This document shows, in pieces, positions 22,458-34,690 of a DNA stretch of 64,000 nucleotides. Position 1 is the first letter of the stretch. Every line of letters begins with the position of its first letter. Origin of the DNA: Macrostomum lignano (Eukaryota); NCBI GenBank assembly GCA_002269645.1, contig NIVC01000558.1, forward strand, positions 62,001 through 126,000, read 5' to 3'. The position numbers and the translations under genes are program-made. The notes under the pieces are model-generated. The model made no database searches. It had not been told where the DNA came from and worked only from the letters and a program-made list of their open reading frames with translations.

Positions 22458-25400
22458 ATGGCCTCAGAGCTGGGGACGCTGAAAAGCTTTCTAATCGCCT
22501 CCGTTGCTGTTAACGGCAATAAATCCAGCGAGCACGTGACCGTCCGCTCTCTGCTCGACGCTTACAAGCGGCTGTTTGGCAGCCCCATGCCTCTAGGCAA
22601 GTTGGGCCACACCAGCCTCGAAAGCCTCATCACTAATGCAATGTCAGACACCTTCCAGCTGTACAGGTAACATGCGCGATTGGGTGATCAAATCGAACCT
22701 GGGACCTCCTTGGATGTTTTAGTTTCCAAAATGATTGCGTGTTTAAATATCACAGACACTTTTCTCTATCTAGGAATCGCGCGGGTTCTGATCTCACGAA
22801 TCCTAATCCCAAAATCCCCATTGCTATTATCCCTATCCCAAATCCCAAAATCCCCTCTGCTATTATCTCAATCCTCAAATCCCGAAATCCTCTCTTCTAT
22901 TATCCCTTTCCCAAATCCCACAGCTATTATTCCAATTCTAGAATCCCAGAGCTATTATCACAAATCCCAAAATCCCACAGCTATTATCCCCATCCCAAAT
23001 CCCAAAATTCCACAGCTATTATCCCCATCCCAAATCCCAAAATCCCACAGCTATTATCCCCATCCCAAATCCCAAAATCCCACAGCTATTATCCCCATCC
23101 CAAATCCCAAAATACCACAGATATTATCCCCATCCCAAAATCCCTCAGCTAATATCCCAATCCAAAATTCCACAGAATGGGATCCGAGCAGTGCGTCCGC
23201 TGTCTGGTGCAGCCAGCTGGACAGAACATAATCGAAATGATACGCAATGAGAAGCAGCCGAAGAAGAAAAAGCAGAAAAATCGTTTTCGCGGCTCGTGTC
23301 GTTATCGTGAAGGCGGCGGCGGTGGCAGTATGGGAGGAGCTAAAAAGTCCAAGAAGTCATCCCAGACTGCTAGCCAGCGGCTGAGCGCTCCGCCGTCGCT
23401 GCCTTCGTCGCACTCGCAGTCTCAGCAGCCGCCCATCGGTTTGTTCAACGTTCGGCCTCCTCCAGTGTCCCAACGGCCGCCGCCGCCTCAGGACAGCCGG
23501 AGTCAGTCATCAAGCGGCATTCCAGCCGAGATTCGAGCCCGGGTAGCCGAACTTGCTGCCAGTTATCCCGGCTTTGCCGTCGCTAATTTTGACAATCAAT
23601 TTCTGAAATATTTCGGCACACGACTGCCGTTTAAACAGTTGGGCTTTGCAAATTTGCTAAGCATGATGCAGCGCTTGGAGAGTCTGGGCGATGTTCAGCT
23701 GTTCAACATGCGCAAGGATGTCGTAGTCTTGTCGCCGGGTGCCATGCAGCGAAGTCGAATGTCTCTGGATGATTCAAACAAAGAGAATTCGTTGTTAAAA
23801 AATTCTTCTGCTAGCCGTCCACCGGCCTCTGTTGCTAGGGACGCCGATCCGTTGCTAGGATCGCCTAGCAACCAAAGCAATCCGGTTGCTAGGGATGCCG
23901 ATTCGTTGCTAGGATCGCCTAGCAACCCAGGTAATCTGGTTGCTAGCGACGCGGCTGTTCCTCCATCGCTGGTTGTGCACGTGCACCGTCAGTCGCTGGA
24001 CGGCCGGATGGTGCGCTGGCGAGAGGTGCCGCTCTCCAAGTCGGCTTTGGTTACCATGACAACCGCTAGTAGCATTGTTGACAGTGACGACGCCAGTAGC
24101 AGACGCAGCGACGTGCCGAAAGACTGCGTGTCGCCGCATCACCGACTGCCGCTGGGTCTGCGCCGGCTGGCCAGCTCCGACGGCCTCGTTGCCGTCGAGG
24201 TGATCTCAGCCGACAGTCCCAACGACCTAGTGCTCAGCGTTCGCGACTGCCGACTCACCGAGCGACTTGAGCGACTGCCAACCAGCATGGCGGCTTGGCC
24301 CGCCGACCGCTGGTGCTGCCTGGCCGCGCGTCACGTGATCCCCGGCGCCCTGTGCGTAGCCAGGCTGGGCGGTCGGCACCATCGGGCTCGGATTGACCGC
24401 CTGTCACCCAATCAGCAGCAGCCGCCGCAGGTTCGCCTTATCGACATGGGCGGCATTGTGACTCAGGCCCGAGTGTCGGATCTGTTCTACTTGCCCAGGC
24501 AGTTTGCTGACGACACGGCTCCGGCTGTTCTGCTGCACGCAGCGGTGGCCAATGTGCGCCTGTTCAGCGCCAAGAATGGCGCCGCTGCCGGCTTTATGCG
24601 ACAGCTGCTGCTGAAGGCCAGTCAAAGCAGGGATGGACCGGTGACTGTCCGACTGCCGCCAGGACTCAACAGGGAGCCGCTGGATCAGGTGAGCTGCTGT
24701 CTGTGAGCTGTGTCTTCTCACTCCGCAATGGAGTATCTCTGCTGCTCATCCTTGGTTATCTTAATCTTTTTTCTCATCAGTGTGTTACCCCTTTCTGCAG
24801 CTTGTCATCCCAATCCGTCAGTATCTCGCTCTTATATTTTAAGCTCCCGTCATTGTCTCACCTCATCGTATCAGTATCTCACCCTACCTCATCAGTATCT
24901 ACCCCATCCTATCGGTATCTCACCCTATCCCATCATATCTCACCCTATCCCATCAGTATCCCATCCCAACAGTATCTCACCCCATCCCAACAGTATCTCA
25001 CCCCATCCCATCAGTATCTCACCCCATCCCATCAGTATCTCACCCCATCCCATCAGTATCTCACCCCATCTATTCAGTATCTCACCCCATCCCATCAGTA
25101 TCTCACCTCATCCCATCAGTATCTCACCCCATCCCATTGGTATCTCACCCCATCCCATCAGTATCTCACCTCATCCCATCAGTATCTCACCCCATCCCAT
25201 TGGTATCTCAACCCATCCTATCAGTATCTCACCCCATCCCATTGGTATCTCACCCCATCCCATTAGTATCTCACCCCATCCCATCAGTATCTCACCCCAT
25301 CCCATCAGTATCTCACCCCATCCTATATCTACCCCCATCTCCTACAGTGCCGAGTGCCAGTCGAGTTTGTCTCACCGCCGCTTGCCGATCAGCTCGTCAA

Positions 25401-26921
25401 GGAAGGCTTCGGTGGGAGCATTCAGGACGCCGCTTTTGTAAGTTTTTTATGCTAATTATTTATTATAATGAGCTTAGTTTAACATTACAACTATTTAGGG
25501 AAATTCCTCCTGACATGACATCATTTGCTGCGTCGAACCGGAGCAACGCAGGCACGTGAAATTAAAGAATAACAAAACAAAAATCTAATCGCCAGCTCCG
25601 GCCGTACAGTCGAGAGCCATCCCGGTGCCAGTTCCCCGGTGCCATCTGTTGAAAGTCCGATGGCGTCGAGGTGATGACGGAATGCTTGAGAGACAAGCTG
25701 AGGATGTCCGGTAGTTGAGGTTTGCCCACTGTCGAGGCTTGATCCGCGAAACTGGAGAAATTTGCAACAGGGTGTCCATAGTCACCTGGTGGCATCTGTT
25801 GAAGGTCCTGACGGCGTCGGGGGGTGATGACGGAATGCTTGAGAGACAAGTTGAGGATGTCTGGCAGTTGATGATTGGCCACTGTCGAGGCTTGATCAGC
25901 GAAACTGGAGAAATTCACAACAGGGCGTCCATAGTCACCTGGTGGCATCTGTTGAAGGTCCTGACGGCGTCGAGGTGATGACGGAATGCTTGAGAGACAA
26001 GCTGAGGATGTCTGGCAGTTGATGATTGCCCACTGTCGAGGCTTGATCAGCAAAACTGGAGAAATTCACAACAGGGCGTCCATAGTCACCTGGTGGCATC
26101 TGTTGAAGGTCCTGACGGCGTCGGGGTGATGACGGAATGCTTGAGAGACAAGCTGAGGATGTCTGGCAGTTGATGATTGCCCACTGTCGAGGCTTGATCA
26201 GCGAAACTGGAGAAATTCACAACAGGGCGTCCATAGTCACCTGGTGGTATCTGTTGAAGGTCCTGACGGCGTCGGGGTGATGACGGAATGCTTGAGAGAC
26301 AAGTTGAGGATGTCTGGCAGTTGATGATTGCCCACTGTCGAGGCTTGATCAGCGAAAATGGAGAAATTCACAACAGGGCGTCCATAGTCACCTGGTGGCA
26401 TCTGTTGAAGGTCCTGACGGCGTCGGGGTGATGACGGAATGCTTGAGAGACAAGTTGAGGATGTCTGGTAGTTGATGATTGCCCACTGTCGAGGCTTGAT
26501 CAGCGAAACTGGAGAAATTCACAACAGGGCGTTCATAGTCACCTGGTGGCATCTGTTGAAGGTCCTGACGGCGTCGGGGTGATGACGGAATGCTTGAGAG
26601 ACAAGTTGAGGATGTCTGGCAGTTGATGATTGCCTACTGTCGAGGCTTGATCGGCGAAACTGGAGAAATTTGCAACATGGTGTCCATAGTCACCTGGTGG
26701 CAGAATCGTTGAATATCTCGACGGTCTGGAGAGCTGGCGACTTGACTCTTTTTTGAGAATGTACGCAAAAAAAGTCGTCACATGTCTGCGTTGCTTTGTT
26801 CAGACGCAGCAAAAATACGCCTTAGTATTTTCTTCTATTGACTAATTTTCCAAACAAATAATTCTTATTGCAGCAAACTCTGAAGTCGGATCTGCTTGCT
26901 GCATTGCCGCCTGCAAACTAA
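22458..26921 (+). CDS. LOTUS (OST-HTH) x2 + Tudor domain protein, TDRD5/Tejas-like
   Basis: Exons 22458-22666, 23176-24688, 25348-25437 and probably 26874-26921 (619 aa). LOTUS-like LLDAYKRLFGSPMPLGKLGHTSLESLI and FLKYFGTRLPFKQLGFANLLSMM. Extended Tudor PGALCVARLGGRHHRARI...VRLIDMG. The last exon is less certain. Confidence 0.8.
22790..23170. repeat. About 35-bp intronic minisatellite (cacagctattatccccatcccaaatcccaaaatcc)
   Basis: Intron 1 of the LOTUS/Tudor gene. Confidence 0.88.
24880..25340. repeat. 21-bp intronic minisatellite (cagtatctcaccccatcccat)
   Basis: Intron 2 of the LOTUS/Tudor gene. Confidence 0.92.
25524..26813. mobile_element. Foldback-like element: imperfect inverted termini enclosing about 7 copies of a 151-bp unit
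   Basis: The left end tttgctgcgtcgaaccggagcaacgcaggcacgtga (25524-25559) pairs with 26778-26813. Inner IR tcgccagctc (25589-25598) pairs with gagctggcga (26731-26740). Unit starts at 25673, 25826, 25977, 26128, 26279, 26430 and 26581. No TSD seen. Confidence 0.65.
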
Positions 26922-27349
26922 ACAAAAGCATGCGTAAAATGAATCGAGTTTTTGGTGCTGAAATGCTTGACTAAACTTACCTTGTCAACCTCTTCTTGTC
27001 AGTTAGCTTTGTAATAACCATGGAAACGAATTTAATTTCATGGATTATTTATTTTTATCCCTGCTGCTAGATACTACTTGTAACTAGCTAAACGGACAGT
27101 AGTATAATAAAAAATAAGACGTCTGCTCCAATTGCAAGTGCAATTTTCAGTGCAGTGATTATACATTGCATAAGTCACCTGCATTTTAGTTGAGTACTTT
27201 ACTCACTTTTTTTCTGTGTGCTGCTTACAATCTCTCATTCAGAGCCTATCTCTAACCTGTAGCTTTTTAAATATAGTTGAAGTATTCTTTGTTATTGGAA
27301 ACTGTCTTTGTCTTTCGTTATTTTGTTCTGTCTTTTTTTAGATTTTTAA

Positions 27350-28040
27350 TCTCTCACCTGTGATTTCTAATCTCACCTGTGGTTTCAAATCTCACCTATG
27401 ATTTCCAGCCTCACCTGTGGTTTCAAATCTCACCTATGATTTCCAATCTCACCTGCGATTTCCAATCTCTCACCTGTGATTTCCAATCTCTCACCTGTAA
27501 TTTCCAATCTCTCACCTGTGATTTCCAATCTCTCACCTGTGATTTCCAATCTCACCTGTGGTTTCAAATCTCACCTGTGATTTCCAATCTCACCTGTGCT
27601 TTCCAATCTTACCTGTGATTTCCAATCTTACCTGTGATTTCCAATCTTACCTGTGGTTTCAAATCTCACCTGTGATTTCCAATCTCACCTGTGATTTCCA
27701 ATCTCTCACATGTGATTTCCAATCTCTCACCTGTGATTTCCAATCTCACCTGTGATTTCCAATCTCACCTGTGATTTCCAATCTCACCTGTGATTTCCAA
27801 TCTCTCACCTGTTATTTCCAATCTCTCACCTGTGATTTCCAATCTCTCACCTGTGATTCCAATATCTCAACTGTGATTTCCAATCTCTCACCTGTGATTT
27901 CCAATCTCTTACCTGTGATTTCCAATCTTGTACGTGTGATTTCCAATCTCACCTGTGATTTCCAATTTCACCTGTGATTTCCAATTTTACCTGTGATTTC
28001 CAATTTCACCTGTGATTTCCAATTTCACCTGTGATTTCCA
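27350..28040. repeat. 19-21-bp minisatellite (tctcacctgtgatttccaa)
   Basis: Runs directly into the first ORC1 exon. Confidence 0.92.
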
Positions 28041-28058
28041 ATGCCAGCACCAGAGCTC

Positions 28059-31000
28059 ATGGACCCGCCGCCACCGCCACCAAGAGGCCAGCAGCGCCGT
28101 CTGTCTGTACGCCGCAGTGTCAGCGCGCCGAAGCCGCAGACCTCGGTTCTGCAGCCTTCCAACCTGCAGAATCAGCCGAATCTCGATGAGAGCATCAGCG
28201 CCTCTGGCACACCTGCCAAACAGCCGTGTCGCCGAAGTACTCGGATGTCTGCTGCCAATGCCTCCATTTCGGTGAGAGATGCTTGTTAAATAGTCAACGC
28301 TGGGATTGCTTGGGTCATGACCTGGGTCCTCATCGCGGTCATGACCTGGGTCCTCATCGGGGTCATGACCTGGGTCCTCATCGGAGTCATGACCTGGGTC
28401 CTCATCGGGGTCATGACCTGGATAACTCGATTTTTCTTTGGGGTCATGACCTGGATTCTTTGGTGTCATGACCTAGATTCTTCTTTAGGGTCATGACCTA
28501 GATTCCTCATTGGGGTCATCACCTAGATTCTCTTTTGCGTCATGACCTAGATTCTTCTTTTGGGTCATGACCTAGATTCTTCTTTTGGGTCATGACCTAG
28601 ATTCTTTGGGGCCATGACCTAGATTCCTTATTGGGGTCATCACCTAGATTCTCTTTTGGGTGATGACCTGGATTCTCTTTTGGGTGATGACCTAGATTCT
28701 CTTTTGGGTGATGACCTAGATTCTCTTTTGGGTGATGACCTAGATTCTCTTTTGGGTGATGACCTAGATTCTCTTTTGGGTGATGACCTAGATTCTCTTT
28801 TGGGTGATGACCTGGATTCCTCATTAGGGTCATCACCTAGATTCTCTTTTGGGTGATGACCTGGATTCCTCATTGGGGTCATCACCTAGATTCTCTTTTG
28901 GGTGATGACCTGGATTCTCTTTTGGGTGATGACCTGGATTCCTCATTGGGGTCATCACCTAGATTCTCTTTTGCGTCATGACCTAGATTCTTTGGGGCCA
29001 TGACCTAGATTCCTTATTGGGGTCATCACCTAGATTCTCTTTTGGGTGATGACCTGGATTCTCTTTTGGGTGATGACCTAGATTCCTCAGTGGCCTGGAT
29101 TCCCCATGAGGATTTGGATCATGACCTAGATGCCTCATTAGGATTGGGGTCATGACCTGGATTTCTCATAAGGGTCATGACCTGGATTCCTCAATTGGGG
29201 TCATGACCTGGATTCCTCATTGAGATTGGGGTCATGACCTGGATTCCTCAATTGAGTCATGGCCCGGTCATCGCTCCCGCAGATCAGCCACATTCTGTCG
29301 CACGACTTCAACCGCTTGAGCCTGAACCCGACTGGCAGACGCTCGCAGCAGAGAACGCCTCGAAAGCCTCCGCCGTTGAAGTGCCCGTTGCCGCCGTCGC
29401 CTGAACTGACACCGCCGCCGGTGCCGCCCATGCCGCCCAAGTCGACAGTCGGAGCTTCCGACACGCCTCGTCGGAGCGTCGCACGAAAAACTCCCGGCTT
29501 CTACGCGGAACAGCCGACTTCGCCGCGTCCGCTGCACCAAGCCGCCACCGACCTTGACGACGATCCTGATGTCGACGAAGACTTCGAGCCGTCAGAGTCC
29601 TCAGATGAGGATGACGATGAAGATGTCGACGAGGGCAGCGACGACTCGGAGGACAGCGACGAGACAGATGACGACATCGACGGCGAGGAAGACCTGGACG
29701 ACCTCGAGGACGACGTGGCGAGCGTCGACTCGATGGACGTCACCTTGGCTGGCGACCTGCTGGCTCGTGACGGCTCGCCCTGCGGCAAATCGCGTCAGGT
29801 GAGACCCGATCCGCCCCCTCAAGGCCAATCCGCTCCCTCCTTCAGGCCAATCCGCCCCTTCCTCAGACTAATCCGCCCCTTCCTCAGACTAATCCGCCCC
29901 TCTTCTCCGCCCCCGCAGGCCGGCCGTCGGATGTCGCGCGCGTCGCCCCTGCCGGCTTCGCCGCTGCTCCGTGACTCCGACATTCGCTTGCCGAACCGGC
30001 GCGGCGCTGGAAATCGTCGATCAACGGCGCCAATCGACGAGGCGCGCCAACGCCTACAAGCGCGCGAGGCGCCAAGAATTTTGCCCTGCCGACATGACGA
30101 ATTCCAAGCGGTGTTCAGCTTCGTTGAGAGCCGCCTGCGTCAGGAGGGCGGCTGCGGCGGCTGCCTGTTCATCAGCGGCGTGCCCGGCACCGGCAAGACG
30201 GCCACCGTCATGGAGGTCCTGCGCCAAGTTGCCGACATGCCCGATCTGCCTCCATTTGACACCGTGTTAGTCAACGGGATGAAGGTTACCGAGCCTAAGC
30301 GGGTGTACTCTGCCATTGTGCGACAGCTGCATAAGGTTTGTGCTCAGATCCCACTGCCATCTCTAATTCCCATCTCAGATCCCACTGCCATGCCAATTCC
30401 CATCTCAGATCCCACTGTCATCCCAATTCCCATCTCTGATCCCACTGTCATCCCAATTCCCATCTCTGATCCTACCCGAATCCCATTAGAAGTCCCACCC
30501 GATTTCCCATTTGAAATCCCACCCAAATCCTGCTCTAAAATCCTACCCCATTGTCCATCTCAGATCTAACCCGAATCTTCATTTGAGATCCCACCCGATT
30601 TCCCATCTCAGATCTCACACGAATCCTTACCTCAAATCCCACACGAATCCCCATATCAGATCCCACACCAATCCCCATCTCAGATCCCACACCAATCCCA
30701 TCTCAGATCCCACACCAATCCCATCTCAGATCCCACACCAATCCCATCTCAGATCCCACCCGATTTCCCATCTCAGATCCCACACGAATCCTTACCTCAG
30801 ATCCCACACGAATCCCCATCTCAGATCCCACACGAGTCCTTATCTCAGATCCCACACGAATCCCATCTCAGATCCCACACGAATCCCCATCTCAGATCCC
30901 ACACGAATCCCCATCTCAGATCCCACCCGTTTATCCCATCCCGACAGGTCCGCGCCCCCTGGCAGGCAGCCCTCCGCCGGCTCAAGTCGGAGTTCAACAG

Positions 31001-32708
31001 CGCCAGAGGGCGTCCCTGCGTGCTGCTGGTTGACGAGCTGGACATGCTGTGCAACCGGCGCCAGGACGTGCTCTACAATCTGTTCGAATGGCCACAGAAT
31101 CCTAACTCGCGCCTCATCGTGCTGGCCATTGCCAACACTATGGACCTGCCCGAGCGGGTCCTTGTGCACCGGGTGGCCTCCCGGCTGGGCCTGAGCCGTC
31201 TGGTGTTCCAGGCCTACAGCCACGATCAGCTGATGGAGATTGTGCGCTCCCGCATCTCCAAGCTGCACATCTTTGAGGATAAGGCGGTTGAAATGGCAGC
31301 GAGAAAGGTGGCTGCTGTTAGCGGGGACGCCAGGTGAGTGGGTCAGCCTTGGCCAAGCTAGCATGGGTCAGCAAGGTGGGTCAAGCTAGCATGGGTCAGC
31401 CAGGTGGGTCAGGCTAGCATGGGTCAGGTCAAGCTTGAATGGTTCAGCCAGGTGGGTCAAGCTGGCATGGGTCAGCAGGTGAGTCAAGCTTGAATGGGTC
31501 AAGCTAGCATGGGTCAGCCATGTGAGTCAAGCTAGCATCGGTCAGCCAGGTGGGTCAAGCTAGCATGGGTCAGCCAGGTGAGTCAGGCTAGCATGGGTCA
31601 GGTCAAGCTTGAATGGTTCAGCCAGGTGGGTCAAGCTAGCATGGGTCAGCCAGGTGGGTCAGGCTAGCATGGGTCAGGTCAAGCTTGAATGGTTCAGCCA
31701 GGTGGGTCAAGCTGGCATGGGTCAGCAGGTGAGTCAAGCTTGAATGGGTCAAGCTAGCATGGGTCAGCCATGTGAGTCAAGCTAGCATCGGTCAGCCAGG
31801 TGGGTCAAGCTAGCATGGGTCAGCCAGGTGAGTCAGGCTAGCATGGGTCAGGTCAAGCTTGAATGGTTCAGCCAGGTGGGTCAAGCTGGCATGGGTCAGC
31901 CAGGTGGGTCAAGCTTGAATGGGTCAAGCTAGCATGGGTCAGCCAGGTGGGTCAAGCTTGAATGGTTCAGCCAGGTGGGTCAAGCTGGCATGGGTCAGCA
32001 GGTGAGTCAAGCTTGAATGGGTCAAGCTAGCATGGGTCAGCCAGGTGGGTCAAGCTAGCATGGGTCAGCCAGGTGGGTCAGGCTAGCATGGGTCAGGTCA
32101 AGCTTGAATGGTTTAGCCAGGTGGGTCAAGCTAGCATGGGTCAGCCAGGTGGGTCAAGCTTGAATGGATCAATCAGGTGGGTCAGTCAGCTCCGAACTCT
32201 CCTTCCCCATTCCCCCAGACGCGCCCTGGACCTGTGCAGCCGCAGCTGTGACCTGGCCGAACAGGAGTTCGGGCCGCAGCAGATGCAGCGGATGAATCTG
32301 CAGGTGGGCATGAAACACGTGAACGCGGCCATCGCTGAGATGTTCGCCGGGCCGGTGATCACAGCTGTGGCCAACCAGCTTAGCGAGTACGAACGGCTCA
32401 CCCTGCGGGCCTGCCTGTCCCAGCGACTCGAGTCCGGCCGAGACGAGAACCCGGTTGGCCGGGTCTGGCGCTCAGTGCTCAACATCGCCAGGTCGGAGGG
32501 CCTTGAGGCGCCCAGTTGGCCGGCGCTTTGCGTCTGTCTCGGCTGTCTGCACGCCATGCGGCTGCTGCTGTGGGACGGCGGGCACCGGGGCCTGGCTGGT
32601 CGGGTCATCATCAACTGCTCGCCTCAGGACGTGCAGCTCGGGCTGGGCGAGCTGAAACAGACGCCAAAACCGACGGCCGAACAGCAATTGCCGAGACTGG
32701 CCGACTGA
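28059..32708 (+). CDS. ORC1: Origin recognition complex subunit 1
   Basis: Exons 28059 (or 28041)-28271, 29283-29798, 29919-30335, 30948-31333 and 32219-32708 (about 673 aa). Walker [28 protein letters not shown], Walker [44 protein letters not shown] and a winged-helix C-terminus. Confidence 0.93.
28310..29250. repeat. 24-bp intronic minisatellite (gatgacctagattctcttttgggt)
   Basis: ORC1 intron 1. Confidence 0.92.
30345..30940. repeat. C-rich intronic minisatellite (ccatctcagatcccacacgaatc)
   Basis: ORC1 intron 3. Confidence 0.88.
31340..32190. repeat. G-rich intronic minisatellite (gggtcagccaggtgggtcaagctagcat) with about 250-bp higher-order duplication
   Basis: ORC1 intron 4. The landmark gccatgtgagtcaagctagcatcgg occurs at about 31518 and 31768. 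Confidence 0.9.
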
Positions 32709-33319
32709 TTGTGGGGGCTTTGATTGCCTGGAGTCGCTTTTGATAATGAAGGAAATTTAGTCAGTTTGTTATTGAGGGGAATTTAGTCTGTTTGTTATAT
32801 TGAGGGGAATTTAGTCTGTTTGTTATATTGAGGGGAATTTAGGCAGTTTGTTATATTGAGGGGAATTTAGGCAGTGTCATATTTGACAATTTAATGGTTT
32901 GAAGCTACGAAATTGCTCATTACATTTATTACTGTCCTGCGATCTCCGCTGTCTGCAGTCCATGCGGCTGTTTATTAAAATTGGTTTATTTTTTAACGCG
33001 ACTTATTTGCATTTTCTTATACACCCCAGCGTTAGGTGCTTATGAATTTACGGCATTTTATTATTAAATTTCAATATTTTTTCAAAAGCCTAACTTTAAA
33101 GTGAGTCTGATGTAGTTTCGACTGAATGAAAATATTTCCGACATATTAATAAACTTAAAGTCAGCGTTTTCAACAAAAAAATTGAATTTTACCTTCCAAT
33201 AAATTTCTAAATGATACTAATACAAAAGGTTAATTTTTCTCATGAAAGTTCGAGGAAGGGATGAAGAGCAAGCTGGGAAAAATCGGCATAAAACTGCTTT
33301 TTAACTGGAAAGAACCTGC

Positions 33320-34690
33320 ATGATGTTATCTCAGTTTAGGGGTGATGGAGTGCAATGACTCAATCATCTCAGTTTAGGGGTGATGGAGAGCAATGACTCA
33401 ATCATCCCAGTGTGGGGGTGATGGAGAGCAATGACTCAATCATCCCAGTGTGGGGGTGATGGAGAGCATGACTCAATCATCTCAGTTTAGAGGTGATGGA
33501 GTGCATGACTCAACCATCTCAGTTTAGAGGTGATGGAGAATAATGGCTCAATCGTCTCAGTGTGGGGGTGATGGAGAGCAATGACTCAATCATCCCAGTG
33601 TGGGGGTGATGGAGAGCAATGACTCAATCATCCCAGTGTGGGGGTGATGGAGAGCAATGACTCAATCATCCCAGTGTGGGGGTGATGGAGAGCAATGACT
33701 CAATCATCCCAGTGTGGGGGTGATGGAGAGCAATGACTCAATCATCTCAGTGTGGGGGTGATGGAGAGCATGACTCAATCATCTCAGTGTGGGGGTGATG
33801 GAGAGCAATGACTCAATCATCTCAGTGTGGGGGTGATGGAGAGCAATGACTCAATCATCTCAGTGTGGGGGTGATGGAGAGCAATGATTCAATCATCTCA
33901 GTGTGGGGTGATGGAGAGCAATGACTCAATCATCTCAGTGTGGGGGTGATGGAGAGCAATGACTCAATCATCTCAGTGTGGGGGTGATGGAGAGCAATGA
34001 CTCAATCATCTCAGTGTGGGGGTGATGGAGAGCAATGACTCAATCATCTCAGTGTGGGGGTGATGGAGAGCATGACTCAATCATCTCAGTGTGGGGGTGA
34101 TGGAGAGCAATGACTCAATCATCTCAGTGTGCGGTGATGGAGAGCATGACTCAATCATCTCAGTGTGGGGTGATGGAGAGCAATGACTCAATCATCTCAG
34201 TGTGCGGTGATGGAGAGCAATGACTCAATCATCTCAGTGTGCGGTGATGGAGAGCAATGACTCAATCATCTCAGTGTGCGGTGATGGAGAGCAATGACTC
34301 AATCATCTCTGTGTAGGGTGATGGAGAGCATGACTCAATCATCTCAGTGTGGGGGTGATGGAGAGCAATGACTCAATCATCTCAGTGTGCGGTGATGGAG
34401 AGCATGACTCAATCATCTCAGTGTGGGGTGATGGAGAGCAATGACTCAATCATCTCAGTGTGCGGTGATGGAGAGCAATGACTCAATCATCTCAGTGTGC
34501 GGTGATGGAGAGCAATGACTCAATCATCTCAGTGTGCGGTGATGGAGAGCAATGACTCAATCATCTCTGTGTAGGGTGATGGAGAGCATGACTCAATCAT
34601 CTCAGTGTGGGGGTGATGGAGAGCAATGACTCAATCATCTCAGTGTGGGGGTGATGGAGAGCAATGACTCAATCATCCCAGTGTGGGGTG
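33320..34690. repeat. About 39-bp minisatellite (catctcagtgtgggggtgatggagagcaatgactcaat)
   Basis: About 35 contiguous units with no spacers. Confidence 0.95.

Noticed and set aside
25562-26053. 163-aa minus-strand ORF in the Tudor intron
   Set aside because: It derives from the 151-bp tandem unit, whose length shifts frame each copy. No domain is evident.
25437-28054. Possible Tudor-ORC1 fusion by splicing the 25438 donor to the ORC1 acceptors
   Set aside because: The donor is phase 0, but acceptors at 28047 and 28053 both enter ORC1 out of frame. A plausible terminal exon exists at 26874-26921.
30100-31333. CDC6 instead of ORC1
   Set aside because: [21 protein letters not shown] and VDELDML...[11 protein letters not shown] are ORC1-type signatures.
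33320-34690. Regular about 39-bp repeats resembling a CRISPR array (also 37190-38150, 41170-41900)
   Set aside because: Units are contiguous with no unique spacers, there are no cas genes, and the context is eukaryotic. These are minisatellites.
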